Notes: generated by a model from the letters alone, not told the origin. 63,313 nucleotides of DNA, filler included, from Stramenopiles sp. TOSAG23-2 (GCA_900128395.1; 9 parts of 9 records of this genome joined end to end with filler, not necessarily neighbours in it); one strand, 5' to 3'. Positions 1 through 11,789 are shown, counted from the whole stretch's first letter. Program-made: numbers and translations.

Positions 1-159
1 ACTTCGGACGTAAATGATGTCATACCGAGCTTCTTTCTGCTTTTGATGTAAAAATAGAAAAACGCGTCGTGTACTCGAAATCCATCATATAGAAAAATAA
101 TAAAATATTATTTAAATAACACTAGAAAAATAGAATTTTGTACATATGTGAGTATAAAT

Positions 160-271
160 TAAAATGCATAAACTTATTTTTTAATTTACTCATGATAATT
201 CCTACTCTCCAGAAAGAATACAATAACTGAGACAAATCTATCTCACTAAACTGAAAGATGGACAATGAATC
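160..271 (-). repeat. Copy of a dispersed non-coding repeat family (other copies at about 11200-11430, 11600-11635, 51989-52095)
   Basis: The reverse complement (gtgagatagattt..tcagtta..tattcttt..gagagtaggaattatcatgagtaaatta..) aligns by eye with 11300-11430. It shares cattgtccatctttca with 51991-52006. Confidence 0.7.
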
Positions 272-388
272 GTAACATTGCGATATATTATATTTTTTTT
301 AAAACACATTTATTTGTACAAGAAAATTAGAACATTAGCAAAAAATCGGTTCACAAAAATTAAGAGCAAAGTCACATTTAAAAATAAA

Positions 389-3300
389 TTACACCATTTC
401 TATTTCGACTTTATTTGTATGTTTACGTGTCGTAATTCCTATAGTAGATGCCTTACATCTGCGACTGCTACGTTCTAACTTTGAAACTTTATCAGCAATA
501 GAATCATCATTTACTGCAAATAATGGATTTGTAACTTCAATCTGTGTTTGTTCCTTGTTATTTTTTTTTATCTGGCATATACCAAATAAAAAGGCAGCAC
601 ACCTTGCAACAAGAGAGTCTTCAATGCTCCAAAGCGAATGTATGAAATGCATTAGAAATGCTAGATTAAGGAGAAAGAATAATAATTCAAACGCAACATC
701 ACTGAAGTTTTTGGATCGGTAAAACCCTGTCATTATAAATGATATAACTTGAATAATTATTGACGACCGTTCTAACTTCATTACCAAGAATGATGCATGT
801 GGGTTTACTGAAAAATCAGTTACCAGAGCTGCAACTAAGATCAACAAAATACAAGATATCTGGAAAGCCGCGCCGTAGGCATACAACATTGTGACACAAG
901 CAATTATAGCACTTTTGCGAAGCATTATTGTAACTTCCCACCAATAATATTTTAATTTATATCCATTGTACAGAATGCCTAAATATCGCCTTACCACAGA
1001 GTCATTTAATTGGTGTCTATTTACATACAACATCCAGCCGAAGATGATGGGGATGCCAACCACGTAAACTATGAACCCTGGTATTCCAACGCCGAAGGCC
1101 CATGCATAGTAAGATGGGACATAACATTGAATATCTAGATCGCCAAATAAAAAGTATCCCTCTGGCTCTAGTTGGCGACATTGCATAAGTTCGAATATGG
1201 CACGACAAACCGATGAATATACATAAAACATCACAATAATCATTGACAGTAACAACATTCGATTTAAAAAGTAAATTTTTCTGATTGGTTCACTAAAGGT
1301 ACTATTATCCACCCCCCGTTTCGCGTGTGCCTTTCTACAAACGTATAGGTAAATGTAAACATATGCATATATCATCATTATAAAGAAAACAGGAAGTATC
1401 ACAAGGACGACTGCTTTACAATATACATGACTAATATTTTTACATAAATTACTTAACATACAAGTATTACTTGTGAAAATTGTCGAGGCCAAAGATGATA
1501 TATCCCATATACTTTGGAACAACGAATATGAACTTCTCGTCCAAGGTAACACTAGAAATTGGGCAGAAGCAATAATTTGGATATGTGAAAAGAAAATTTT
1601 AGTTATAATAGCAGATTTATCTTGGGATTGAGAAGCAATTAAGTCTCTGTTGGTGGCAAAAAACTTATCAATAATTTTCTGGGAAAGTCCTGCTGTATTC
1701 AACTGATTTCGGCGAAAAATTAAACAACCCAGTGTGACTTTGAAATCTGACAAGATAGGAACCGCTAGCACTTCCTTAGTTTCCTGACGAAAAAATGAAG
1801 TGTATTTAGACAATCTTAACGGATCCCTGATTTGTGCAACATGTTGTTTTTCAATTACGTTTCTAATCTCAAATAATCTATTTACATTTAATGTAGAAGA
1901 TTGCAGATGAGTTTTTGATTTATGAAGGTGCCGCATTTTCCAAGAAAACATATCTAATACTTTTGTTTCTCTTCTTTTAATTCTTGAATTTTTGTGATTG
2001 CTTGTTGCATTCTTAATGATTTTGAGCAGGTCGTCAAAGCCTTCTGAATTTTGGTCGTGCGATTCTACTAAAAACGTAGGAACTTGCCAACTTTTGTGTA
2101 CTAACTCACTAAAAAATACATAGACTGAATCAACTTGAAGTTCCTTGCATAGCTCTTCAAGCACTTTTTCCATTATCGTAACTTTTACCACTGGCCCCTT
2201 ACTCGCCCGATAGGCCACAAAAAACAATATGCTAGTACCCAGAGCAATCAAACTTAGTACGACGGTGGTTGCGTATGGGCCACAAACTTCACAACTTCCG
2301 CCGATTGATTTTGCATATCCTTCGGAACAACTATTGCATAAGTTTCCGTGATAATTCGGTGCGCATTTTATGGCGCTTTTATATGTTTCATTCTTGGTAA
2401 CGTCTATACTCCATAATTTATCAGGAGAAACACCAAGGCAACTAGGTGAATATGGGCATTGGAATATATTATCAGGGTGTTGCTGGAACCTCCAGTGCCC
2501 ATTACTGACATACACCTTTCCCATGAAACAAAGACCATTTTTTGTACAAGGCAAACACCCTATGTCAGCATTTCCCTTACCTTGCATGCACATACATTGT
2601 TTTAACTCATTTGCACCAATAATAGCTGTTGTTGTTTTCGATGGGCAAGAAATGCAAGCATAACTTCCACTTCTGGGAGTATAGGTTTTTCTTGGACATA
2701 GTTCACATATATTTGAACCTTTAGGGGAATATGTGCCAGGTGGACACGGCTTACACTTCCCATGCACACCATAATGCCCTTCAAGATGATCGCATCCTTT
2801 TATCCACTTCCGCCAGTTGTTGCTGTTTTGTTGAATCCATGTTCTTGATATATGATTTAATGCAGAGTTGTTTAGCTGCAGTTCTTTAACCATACCGTAA
2901 ATATCACTATATGATATATGGAACTCATCAAGGAAAGAATATAACACTTCCGGTTTTTGTAATATCCGTTTACTTGTTGTGATGTAAACATTTTCAACTG
3001 GAAAGTCACAGTTGTAACCTCCTAAAAAACGCTTATTGTATGCATTTGTGGTTCTTGCTTTTGACATACAGGTTGTATGAAAAGCCGGTAATGTAAACCG
3101 ATTTTTATCCTTTGTTACCAGTATATCTTGTTCTGATAAATACAATATAATATACTTGCTGTTTTGCAAAGCTGTATCAAAAGTAGATTGATTGATATAA
3201 GTCAAAGCAAATGGTAAATTCAAATTCTCTATAATTTGTGCAAGAATAGACACGTGCGGTAAGTTTTGATATCCAGCTGAAATCAAAATTTCCCCACAGG

Positions 3301-6300
3301 TGACATTTTTATTGGATTTGCATTGGGGTGGAATAAAATGGCCTCCATCTTTGTCACCTCGAATACACCACCATAGACGACATTTTTCTGCATCCGCTGT
3401 ATAAGTTCCTAAAGGAGGCATCCATTTAACTAGTTCATCTGAATATAAGTAATGATTAACCAGTGACACAAGCGATGTCATCGATTCGGGTACGTAGAAA
3501 TATAGTCCCAGTTGTACATGAAAGCCTATATTAAAATTGAAAAACTGTAAAAATTCTTTCTCGCTAAATAAAGTTTGCCCCGTAACATATTTCATACCAA
3601 TGTAAATGTCTGCATGTCGTTTTGATATTTTGTCTCGAGCTTCTAAATCTCCAGATGAAGGTATTGTTATGACATTCATCTTTAGTTGTTTCTGTAATAA
3701 TTCTTGTGTAATTTTTGTAAGAATTACACTCATATGATTGTTTCGTCTATATGTTATTCGTACCAAGTTCTTCTCTATTTCGTCATCTGGAAGTAATGCC
3801 CACATTTTTTCCAAGTTTGATTGATTTTTGAGGAAAGCACAACAGTTTTCCCAACGAGTTTGCTTAGAATGTCGGGTTTTAGAAAGAAGAAATTCCATAG
3901 ATTCGCTTTCGATCTTAAATTTTTCTATAAACTTTAATACAGAAGCTGGTAAGCTACTTGTAGCGAATTTGCCTAATGTATCTTCGCGAAAATCGCATCC
4001 GCCTGTTGATTCAAAACTTTTTTCATCGAAAGGAGGCAAAATTAAACGCGTTATTTTCTCAGATACCACGAATGGATCTGGCTTCCACCAGTAAAATAAA
4101 TATGGAGTGGTCGAGTCTAAATATTTCAAGACTTCCGTTTTTAGGGCATTATTACCCAGCCATTTTACCTCTAGTTTTAAGCCGAGTGATTCAATTACCC
4201 TTTGAATTTGGTTTTTTGCATAGTTCGTCGAACCAGCAAATAGTGTACCACATTCAGTATCTTGACATATTTTACTTATATACTTTCCTGTCTTACTATC
4301 GCATAGATCTTGGCCTCCCGAACAATTTAATGGTTTTACCAGCCGGTCTAGTGACACATTTTGCATCGCCTCAATAATTTCTAATTTTCTATATGCTGCG
4401 TACAAATCTGTTGGAAAACCATTACGAATTGACTTAGAATTAATGTACAGACCATTCCGACCAGTATAGCCCATGTCGCCGGAAAAAAATATTTTTTTGG
4501 AACTATTTTCAAGCACATGTCGATTCATTGATTCATCGTGATGTTCATTTGTGTCCCATGCTTCCAAAAAAATATGGCAAGTTCCATTTGCTAGTAGGTC
4601 TAAATTATCGTGAGCGTTTTGTTCATCATCATGAAAATAGTGAGCAACTACTGGCCACCCAAAAAATTCTTTTGTAATGATCAAAAATAGTTCGCTTGCC
4701 AGTAGTTGAGACTCCCAATTGTTAAAACATACCCGAATAGTAGGGTAATCAACAACTGGGGTAGGCTTAAGATATTTAAAACATCGTTGAGATCCATCTA
4801 TATTGGTTAGAAATTGTACTCCAGATCCAAATAAAAGTTGCTGACAATTCGATCCAATACGCCCATGAGTACATATGCATTCATTATTCTGGCAAATGCC
4901 GTTACCCTCACAATCATCACTTGTTTTGCAATCTTGCAATTCCGAGTCGGGTTTCTTGCCATTCATTGTACTATAAAAAAACTTGCCACAATCATTATCA
5001 TCACGGCAAAACTCAAAATTTCCGTCGAGATCTAAAATGCCTCTTTCTTTCCAAATTACATCGTCTCCGTTTGGTGTTAATATAGAGTTATAAACAGAAA
5101 AATTGAAATTTTCATGAGACACACTCAACCTATTCCCTGCCTGATCGAAACCAAATTTGCCAGAGAATCCATTTACACGAAACGTTGAATCATGTAACTT
5201 TTGGAAAAGTCTTTTTCGTGTAACAGCATCAACGTTATCTTCAACTATCAATTCATGGTACGCTGTAGCAGCTGCTAGGATTGAGTCATACGCGTAAACT
5301 GCTGAATATGATCTATCACTATCATAATCATTGGGAAATGCGCAGGAGCGTGTGTTTTCACTCTTATCTTGTATCAAAAAAACCCTTTTTTCTGACTCAC
5401 TCAAACAACTGCATCGTCCATCTTTGTCACTATTGACGCAAGCATCTGTTCGTAAAAACGCACTTTTCATATAATCATTAAATACGGACGTAATATTATT
5501 CTTTGGCTTTAACGAAATAGCAAAAGAGCCATTAACAATACTTGGCAGACTTTTTATATCAAAAATAGTTTCTGCAAATACAAAGCAAAAATTTCTCTCA
5601 TTCATATTCTCTTCTGATTTTACAATCTTATTAATAACTGATAAAAAGTCTTTGAGTCTTCTTTTCGGCAATACAATGATAAGTAACCGTGTGTTTAGCC
5701 GCATCGCTGTTAGCATATCTCCATACCTAATTAATTCGTCCTCGAGAATAACGTCTAGGGAAATTTTTAGTGCAGCATTTTTTGCATGTTTCAAAATAGA
5801 CGAGCGATATGCGCTGCTATAACTTGAAGTATCACTGACTATACCAGCACTGTTCCAATGCATTGTCTTTTTCATAAATTCAATGATACGAAGAGCCAGA
5901 AAATCTTCATCAACAGCTGTTCTCATAAAATATGGGTATTTTTCCTTGTCCGACAATTGGGGGGAAGCTGCAGTTGGTGATATTTGTGCAATCTTTCGAT
6001 GCTTTACTATATTTTGGATTTCAATAGACATATCGGACGAAAAATCACCAATTAAAGCACTTATAGGTAGTTCTGCCATCTTGATAGCAGCTGTAACAGC
6101 TAAGTTATCGTCATTTTTTACGTTGATCCAAGTATATTTTATAGGAATGTGCGGTAATAAATGATCTAAGATTCCATCTGTTTTGTTGTTAATGTGATCG
6201 ACTGCAATTAACATTGCAAGAGTACCAACTGCTCCATTTTGGTCTACTACCATTGCTGTACCATTTGAGACAAGAGTGCTAGTTGCAATGCCTAACTGGA

Positions 6301-7870
6301 AACTGAATAGACTTTGATCTAGTTTTTTAGGAGGTGCGTTGGATTTAGTGTTAAACGTCAGGTATGGAAGACAGGTTAAACCCTCTCCATGCAATGCTGC
6401 AACAGAAGCTTGATCACATGTTCGAAGTATTTTTGAACCTACATCAAAAAATCCAACGTGAGCCAATGTTTCTTTTGTGTCATTCGATACCACATTGTTC
6501 CAAATATTCATCCCTATCCCATCCGGCGCTCGATCTCCATTTGCAGAAAGGCGTATATCGCCAGTCGCGCCAGCAGCGTGGAAAGAAGGGTCTAATGCTA
6601 TGCTGGAAAAACTCTTAGAGGGAGACAAATTAGATGAATTAGACGGATAACGCAGCTCGTGGTATACTGAAGCAACAAAGAGGACTGCATCAAAGCCAAA
6701 CGGCGTCGAATAATCTACGCGATCGTCAGAATTCGCGGCAAGGCAGGTTTTCCTTCCATTTTTTATACTACTACTGAAGAGAGACTTATTTGTCAAAGGG
6801 TTTACAATTCCATCCCCACAATTGCTACATTGTGAAGCATTAATAATTTTGTCATAACAAAAATCGAATTCACTTAGCTTCTCATTGTACATTTTTAAGA
6901 ATTTTGGCATAAAACTGCCGTTTCCATATACGCTTGCAGCAAATGTACCAGAGAACATTCTTTCGTATACATGTAACTCGTTTCGTTTTTGGAAATATGA
7001 TTTGTACGATTCCTTCGGGGATAAATAAATTTCAGGAAATATAACGGAGAATCCTGAGTCTAGAGAATCATAAGCTACCAAGGAATAATATAAGGAACGC
7101 AAAAACACTGGAATTTTATCGGAAAAGCCGAAATAAAAAAACAATTTTGATCCAGTTAGCACCATTCGATCAGTAGCTATATTCATGTCAGTAGCACCAC
7201 TTAAAAAATATTCCCTTTGTAAAATCTCTATTCCTTCTTTCCTTGACGCTTCTTCTAAGTTATTCCCACCGTTCATAGAAAACTCATCCGTCCCAGATAT
7301 AATACACGCAAAATTCCAACCGACAACATACTTTGCAAAGCGTACCATCCCTAAAGTCACTACATCATCGGCCGGGATTACACGCATAAAATTTTTATAC
7401 GAAGACAGAGACGTAGACGTTGAGAGTGGTGAAACCATTGGCAAATCGAAACTATTCAAAATCGTGGACAAAATAACTGAAATACTAGAAAATCCTGCCC
7501 CAACGATTATATCTGCACCTTTTCCACCAAAAGCGTCTGCGAGGATCGTCCCTCCCAGCACTGCCCCTTTTTTTTGATCGCCCATTGTATCGTAAAACTC
7601 ATATTCTAGCAGCGTATTTGGTAAAAGGGAATCGAAGAAACCATCGGTTTTATTATTAATTACCTCTATTGCTTGAGTGATCGCAAGTACACTCATGGTG
7701 CATAATTTGCCACAAGCTCCTCCAGGAATATCCAATGGTAACACAACTGCTAACCGAATAGACTCATTCTGAAACTTTCCTATACTTAAAGCAACTTGAC
7801 TCATCAGCACGTATGCTAGAATTAGAAGGGGCAGCAAAAAACATTTTTGTTCGTATCTCATGGGTTGCAT
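389..7870 (-). CDS. Giant membrane receptor-like protein: signal peptide, 2x Venus-flytrap (ANF_receptor/PBP1), EGF, 2x glycine-betaine-type PBP2, GCC2/GCC3 Cys-rich repeats, TM, GAF-like insert, C-terminal multi-TM (TRP-like) domain
   Basis: Intronless 2493-aa ORF. VFT motifs (IVGAGFSS..SPLSTSTSLS..FMRV; LIGDFSS..QISPTAASPQLSDKEKYPYFMRT; YAYD). EGF CEGNGICQNNECICTHGRIGSNC. PBP2 motifs NWESQLLASE and LFYWWKPDPF. CKPCPPGTYS-type repeats. TM-domain motifs KIFFSHIQI, GDLDIQCY, LGILYNGYK..YWWE..LRK. Confidence 0.8.
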   Translation of the reverse strand: MQPMRYEQKCFLLPLLILAYVLMSQVALSIGKFQNESIRLAVVLPLDIPGGACGKLCTMSVLAITQAIEVINNKTDGFFDSLLPNTLLEYEFYDTMGDQKKGAVLGGTILADAFGGKGADIIVGAGFSSISVILSTILNSFDLPMVSPLSTSTSLSSYKNFMRVIPADDVVTLGMVRFAKYVVGWNFACIISGTDEFSMNGGNNLEEASRKEGIEILQREYFLSGATDMNIATDRMVLTGSKLFFYFGFSDKIPVFLRSLYYSLVAYDSLDSGFSVIFPEIYLSPKESYKSYFQKRNELHVYERMFSGTFAASVYGNGSFMPKFLKMYNEKLSEFDFCYDKIINASQCSNCGDGIVNPLTNKSLFSSSIKNGRKTCLAANSDDRVDYSTPFGFDAVLFVASVYHELRYPSNSSNLSPSKSFSSIALDPSFHAAGATGDIRLSANGDRAPDGIGMNIWNNVVSNDTKETLAHVGFFDVGSKILRTCDQASVAALHGEGLTCLPYLTFNTKSNAPPKKLDQSLFSFQLGIATSTLVSNGTAMVVDQNGAVGTLAMLIAVDHINNKTDGILDHLLPHIPIKYTWINVKNDDNLAVTAAIKMAELPISALIGDFSSDMSIEIQNIVKHRKIAQISPTAASPQLSDKEKYPYFMRTAVDEDFLALRIIEFMKKTMHWNSAGIVSDTSSYSSAYRSSILKHAKNAALKISLDVILEDELIRYGDMLTAMRLNTRLLIIVLPKRRLKDFLSVINKIVKSEENMNERNFCFVFAETIFDIKSLPSIVNGSFAISLKPKNNITSVFNDYMKSAFLRTDACVNSDKDGRCSCLSESEKRVFLIQDKSENTRSCAFPNDYDSDRSYSAVYAYDSILAAATAYHELIVEDNVDAVTRKRLFQKLHDSTFRVNGFSGKFGFDQAGNRLSVSHENFNFSVYNSILTPNGDDVIWKERGILDLDGNFEFCRDDNDCGKFFYSTMNGKKPDSELQDCKTSDDCEGNGICQNNECICTHGRIGSNCQQLLFGSGVQFLTNIDGSQRCFKYLKPTPVVDYPTIRVCFNNWESQLLASELFLIITKEFFGWPVVAHYFHDDEQNAHDNLDLLANGTCHIFLEAWDTNEHHDESMNRHVLENSSKKIFFSGDMGYTGRNGLYINSKSIRNGFPTDLYAAYRKLEIIEAMQNVSLDRLVKPLNCSGGQDLCDSKTGKYISKICQDTECGTLFAGSTNYAKNQIQRVIESLGLKLEVKWLGNNALKTEVLKYLDSTTPYLFYWWKPDPFVVSEKITRLILPPFDEKSFESTGGCDFREDTLGKFATSSLPASVLKFIEKFKIESESMEFLLSKTRHSKQTRWENCCAFLKNQSNLEKMWALLPDDEIEKNLVRITYRRNNHMSVILTKITQELLQKQLKMNVITIPSSGDLEARDKISKRHADIYIGMKYVTGQTLFSEKEFLQFFNFNIGFHVQLGLYFYVPESMTSLVSLVNHYLYSDELVKWMPPLGTYTADAEKCRLWWCIRGDKDGGHFIPPQCKSNKNVTCGEILISAGYQNLPHVSILAQIIENLNLPFALTYINQSTFDTALQNSKYIILYLSEQDILVTKDKNRFTLPAFHTTCMSKARTTNAYNKRFLGGYNCDFPVENVYITTSKRILQKPEVLYSFLDEFHISYSDIYGMVKELQLNNSALNHISRTWIQQNSNNWRKWIKGCDHLEGHYGVHGKCKPCPPGTYSPKGSNICELCPRKTYTPRSGSYACISCPSKTTTAIIGANELKQCMCMQGKGNADIGCLPCTKNGLCFMGKVYVSNGHWRFQQHPDNIFQCPYSPSCLGVSPDKLWSIDVTKNETYKSAIKCAPNYHGNLCNSCSEGYAKSIGGSCEVCGPYATTVVLSLIALGTSILFFVAYRASKGPVVKVTIMEKVLEELCKELQVDSVYVFFSELVHKSWQVPTFLVESHDQNSEGFDDLLKIIKNATSNHKNSRIKRRETKVLDMFSWKMRHLHKSKTHLQSSTLNVNRLFEIRNVIEKQHVAQIRDPLRLSKYTSFFRQETKEVLAVPILSDFKVTLGCLIFRRNQLNTAGLSQKIIDKFFATNRDLIASQSQDKSAIITKIFFSHIQIIASAQFLVLPWTRSSYSLFQSIWDISSLASTIFTSNTCMLSNLCKNISHVYCKAVVLVILPVFFIMMIYAYVYIYLYVCRKAHAKRGVDNSTFSEPIRKIYFLNRMLLLSMIIVMFYVYSSVCRAIFELMQCRQLEPEGYFLFGDLDIQCYVPSYYAWAFGVGIPGFIVYVVGIPIIFGWMLYVNRHQLNDSVVRRYLGILYNGYKLKYYWWEVTIMLRKSAIIACVTMLYAYGAAFQISCILLILVAALVTDFSVNPHASFLVMKLERSSIIIQVISFIMTGFYRSKNFSDVAFELLFFLLNLAFLMHFIHSLWSIEDSLVARCAAFLFGICQIKKNNKEQTQIEVTNPLFAVNDDSIADKVSKLERSSRRCKASTIGITTRKHTNKVEIEMV

Positions 7871-8532
7871 TATTTCGCAAAGTTAGACTATGGATTCTAC
7901 AAACAATAGAAATAGTAGACAAAGTATAGCGTTGTCCAAGAAGTTAAGAAGTTTCCAAGATATATAAGAAAAAAGAAAAAAGAAGTGTCTAAGTCCTGGA
8001 AGTGTCGTAAACAAATATATTATTAATGCAACTGCTAAACGAATGTTCTATAAACTGTATTACCTATATTATTTCAAAATTATTTCATTTTTATAAAAAA
8101 TAATCATCTACTACATAATGTGTGTAAAAAAAGTACTTAAAATTTACTAACACTACTATTTTCGACTCCTATATCACCATAATATCAAATTAGTGGATTA
8201 CACTAAAAATCTCAAAAATGCCCGTTTGTGTCAGACGGGCATTAGCATTTTTGACAGCCCAAGGATTTTAATGCTGTGCAGTGTATATTTTGATGCAGTG
8301 ATTGATTTCATTGATTAATATAGTTATAGTTATTTATATAGCAATAGCATAGTGCTATTCTTGCTGTATGTGGTCAACAGATTTGCTCTCTCTTTTTTCA
8401 CTCCTTTCGATTTTTTCGATTTTTCGATTTTCGGCCTCTAACATTCCGTTTTTTACTCAACAGGGCATAGAAATTGGAATTAGAGTTAGAGGTTTTATCT
8501 TACCTAAGTATTATAATTTAATGCTGGTTAGT

Positions 8533-8632
8533 NNNNNNNNNNNNNNNNNNNNNNNNNNNNNNNNNNNNNNNNNNNNTTAATTAATTAANNNNNNNNNNNN
8601 NNNNNNNNNNNNNNNNNNNNNNNNNNNNNNNN
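8533..8632. other. Artificial contig spacer N44-TTAATTAATTAA-N44 (also at 17158-17257, 25772-25871, 34385-34484, 42992-43091, 51591-51690, 60190-60289, 61752-61851)
   Basis: An identical 100-nt spacer with stops in all six frames occurs 8 times. Contig lengths descend (8532, 8525, 8514, 8513, 8507, 8499, 8499, 1462, 1462). Confidence 0.99.
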
Positions 8633-9792
8633 TACGTGTTTGCGCCTGTGCTGGCCTAATGGAAGCCATCTTTATTATTCTTTTCTCAATAATATAGCAA
8701 TATATGAAGATTCAAATGTTGCGTTGCTTGATTCTATCCCCGCGAACTATGGATTTGTCATTCCAATAAGAGTTTTTTAAAGGTTTTGCTATTAGTATTC
8801 AATATTATAATATATATAATACTTGTATATCATTATGCATGCATGCATGTTGGCATGTACTAATACAGTAGGGATAGCTGGATAGCTGGATAGCAGATCA
8901 GCAGCAGCAGCAGCATAAAAAAGTCACAGCTACAGTATTATGAGGAGACACTATGACCATTACACCATTACAAAAGCTCAAAGCATAAGTTAAAGTAAAT
9001 AAGGGACAAGGAGTTATACGTTATACATATTAGTTAATACTACTATATTATACTGTATAAGGATAAATCGACGAAAAAGCATGTTTTCTTCGACACAAAT
9101 TGTAAATCGTTATAGTTAATCCAGGAAATCGAAAATGAAAAATAAAGAAATGAAATAATGCTGGAATGTGCAAAATCTTTCCCTGTTACTCCTTAAATTA
9201 CCTGATCAAGCAAATTATACTTTTAACATAAATTTAACTTAGCTGGCTGGGCTGGTTAGATTGAAGAATTATTTATTATTTTATTCCTTGTAATATCCCC
9301 GGATTTGCAAGTAGTCAGAAAGGTGCACTTCTCAATTATAGGCTTAGTAGACTACAGAAATTACATAGGATGTCACATGAATTTTATGAAATTATGGTAA
9401 TTTATGGTGGTGATAATATGTATTTATTAATTGTTGCAATTATTAAAATTATTCTTCTTATATAGTTAGAATAGTAGAATTATCTACTAAGTGCCTAAAT
9501 GAAGAAGAAAAAACTAGAACTGTATTAGAAGAAAAGATGATGGATAGTAAAGAATTATAGCATATATACATCTTTATTATTGCATTTTAGTAGAGCGACG
9601 TTATCAGTTATTTGTAACCATCGTATTTACGCCAAACTATATCAGTTAGGAGCATCTTATAGAAGATAGTTAAAGCAAGTGTACAATTAATGACAAAAAG
9701 ATAGACTGAAAAAAAAGATACAACAATATTCTAAAAATTAATTTGTAGAGTTCCAGAGATACCATATATTCACAATAAAAAATATTCACAAA

Positions 9793-10827
9793 ATGACATC
9801 TTCCTTGTCCGAACGTGAAGCTGCTGTATACGATAGGCAAATTCGTCTTTGGGGCATAGAAGCTCAAAAAAGATTACAAAGTTCAAAAGTTTTAATATGT
9901 GGAGCAAATGCGTTGGGTCTCGAAGTTGCAAAAAATTTGACTTTAGCTGGGTTTAGCGTTGCAATACAAGATAATGATATTGTCGAGGAGCGGGACTTAG
10001 GTGCAAACTATTTTATTACTGCTGAAACATTGGGAAGGAATAAAGCACAGGCAGTGTTGCCAAATTTAAAAGAGTTGAACCCGTTGGTAGAAACCAGTGC
10101 AGTTTCCATTCCTTTGACACAAGTTGGCGAAGCCATACTGTTGAAATTCAATTGTGTTCTTTTAGTGAATACACCAATGAGCGAAGCAATTCGAATTAAT
10201 AATATTTGTCACCAACACAATATCAAATTTTTCAATGGCAATACTTATGGCTGCCTAGGAACATTTTTTGCAGATCTTGGTACATATACATACGCTTTAA
10301 AAAAAAAAAAAAGTGTAAAAGGAGAAGAAAATTCTAGCCCGCAACCCGTGACAAAAATATTTTCTACCTTGGAGCAGAGCATGTTGACACCATGGTCAAG
10401 TCTATTGAAAGTACGATTTGGTTTTCCTGAATTATATTTTGGAACGCAAATTTTGGAAGAATATTGGACTACGTTGGAGAAGCACCCCAGAAAAGACCGT
10501 GGCTTTATTGCAACAACTGATTCTTTTCACAATGCGTTAAAAGTTGCAGAGCAAATGTCGGTAAAAAATGGTGGCGATAATAAACATTCTTTTGTACGGG
10601 AATCAACATTAAAAATACTGTTAGAAACGGGGTTAAATGAATTAAGTCCGGTATGTGCTGTTTTAGGTGGTCTTATCGGCCAAGAAATTATTAAAATTAT
10701 CGCAGGTAAAGGTCAACCAATGTGTAATTCAAATGGTGCGAATTGGCTCTTTTTTGACCCGATGTCTATTATTGACCCAAAAGGTGGTGCAATCGTTAAA
10801 TTTAATCCGCCTAAAGTAAGCAGTTAG
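9793..10827 (+). CDS. SAE1: SUMO-activating enzyme subunit 1 (SAE1/Aos1, ThiF family)
   Basis: EAAVYDRQIRLWG.EAQKRL, EVAKNLTLAG, LKELNPLV, ELSPVCAVLGG.IGQEIIK; 344 aa matches Aos1 size. Confidence 0.9.
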   Translation: MTSSLSEREAAVYDRQIRLWGIEAQKRLQSSKVLICGANALGLEVAKNLTLAGFSVAIQDNDIVEERDLGANYFITAETLGRNKAQAVLPNLKELNPLVETSAVSIPLTQVGEAILLKFNCVLLVNTPMSEAIRINNICHQHNIKFFNGNTYGCLGTFFADLGTYTYALKKKKSVKGEENSSPQPVTKIFSTLEQSMLTPWSSLLKVRFGFPELYFGTQILEEYWTTLEKHPRKDRGFIATTDSFHNALKVAEQMSVKNGGDNKHSFVRESTLKILLETGLNELSPVCAVLGGLIGQEIIKIIAGKGQPMCNSNGANWLFFDPMSIIDPKGGAIVKFNPPKVSS

Positions 10828-11081
10828 AAAGCATGTTGTTTTAAAAATAGTCCCTTTTTGCAGTTGACACGTTAGGTAACTTCTGTTCTGTTTCCATCAT
10901 CTTATTAAAAGAGCTTGCAAAAGTGAAATTTAAAAAGACTCCAGGATCGACAGAATCCAGGGAGCTTGCTGCCTCGAATTGGGTTAAAAACACATGTCGA
11001 GACATTCAAACAGCGGTTATTAAGACGTGTGCTTATACTAATCGTTATGTATTAAAATGTGCATTTGGTGAGGAATACAAT

Positions 11082-11635
11082 GAATTGTACCCTGGTACAA
11101 TTTATTCCCCACCCTCTTCAGTATTTTTCATCAACGGTAGGTTGATAACATCTATTTACCTCATCGGTAATTTCTGTTACAGAAATTATCGACACATCTT
11201 GTGAGATAGATATTAATATTGGCGCTACGTTATCCAGCCCTGGGCTAGCCAGTGGTGATATTTTTAGTAATATACGAATAATATATAGATAGATATTAAT
11301 ATTGGCTCAGTCACTGTATTCTTTTGAGAGTAGGAATTGTCACATGATAGATTATTTCAGTTATTTTACGAAGTATTCTTTTGAAGAATAGGAATTATCA
11401 CATGAGTAAATTATAAAAATAAATTATGCGTAAAGAAACTTCTTTAAATCATATATATATACGTATAATGATTTGTACCCTGGTACAATTTATTCTCCGC
11501 CTTCATATGATGTCCGTTTTCCATCAGCTATTATGAGTAGTTGATACTATCTATTTACCTTCATTGGTATTTTCGATTATGAGAATATCAACACACTTGT
11601 GTGAGATAGATTATTTCAGTTATTTTATTCTTTTA
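11082..11635 (+). repeat. Diverged direct duplication (about 11082-11210 and 11470-11610), each copy starting with a TTGTACC-CT-GGTACAA hairpin and running into the dispersed repeat
   Basis: Both copies contain ttgtaccctggtacaatttatt, tctatttacct and tgtgagataga. Confidence 0.75.
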
Positions 11636-11789
11636 TATATCATATGATACGAGTATATATCATATATAATATATATTATAGTCATATATACGTTCGTATA
11701 AGTAATAATGTGTGTGTGATATGCATACGAGTCGTGACATGCAGCAACAGTGTCAATATTAAAAAAACTCTTTTTCCTCTCTCTTCTTT

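Noticed and set aside
8470-8495. Telomere-like TTAGAG words near the contig end (also TTAGG at about 37119)
   Set aside because: Only 2-3 degenerate units; no array.
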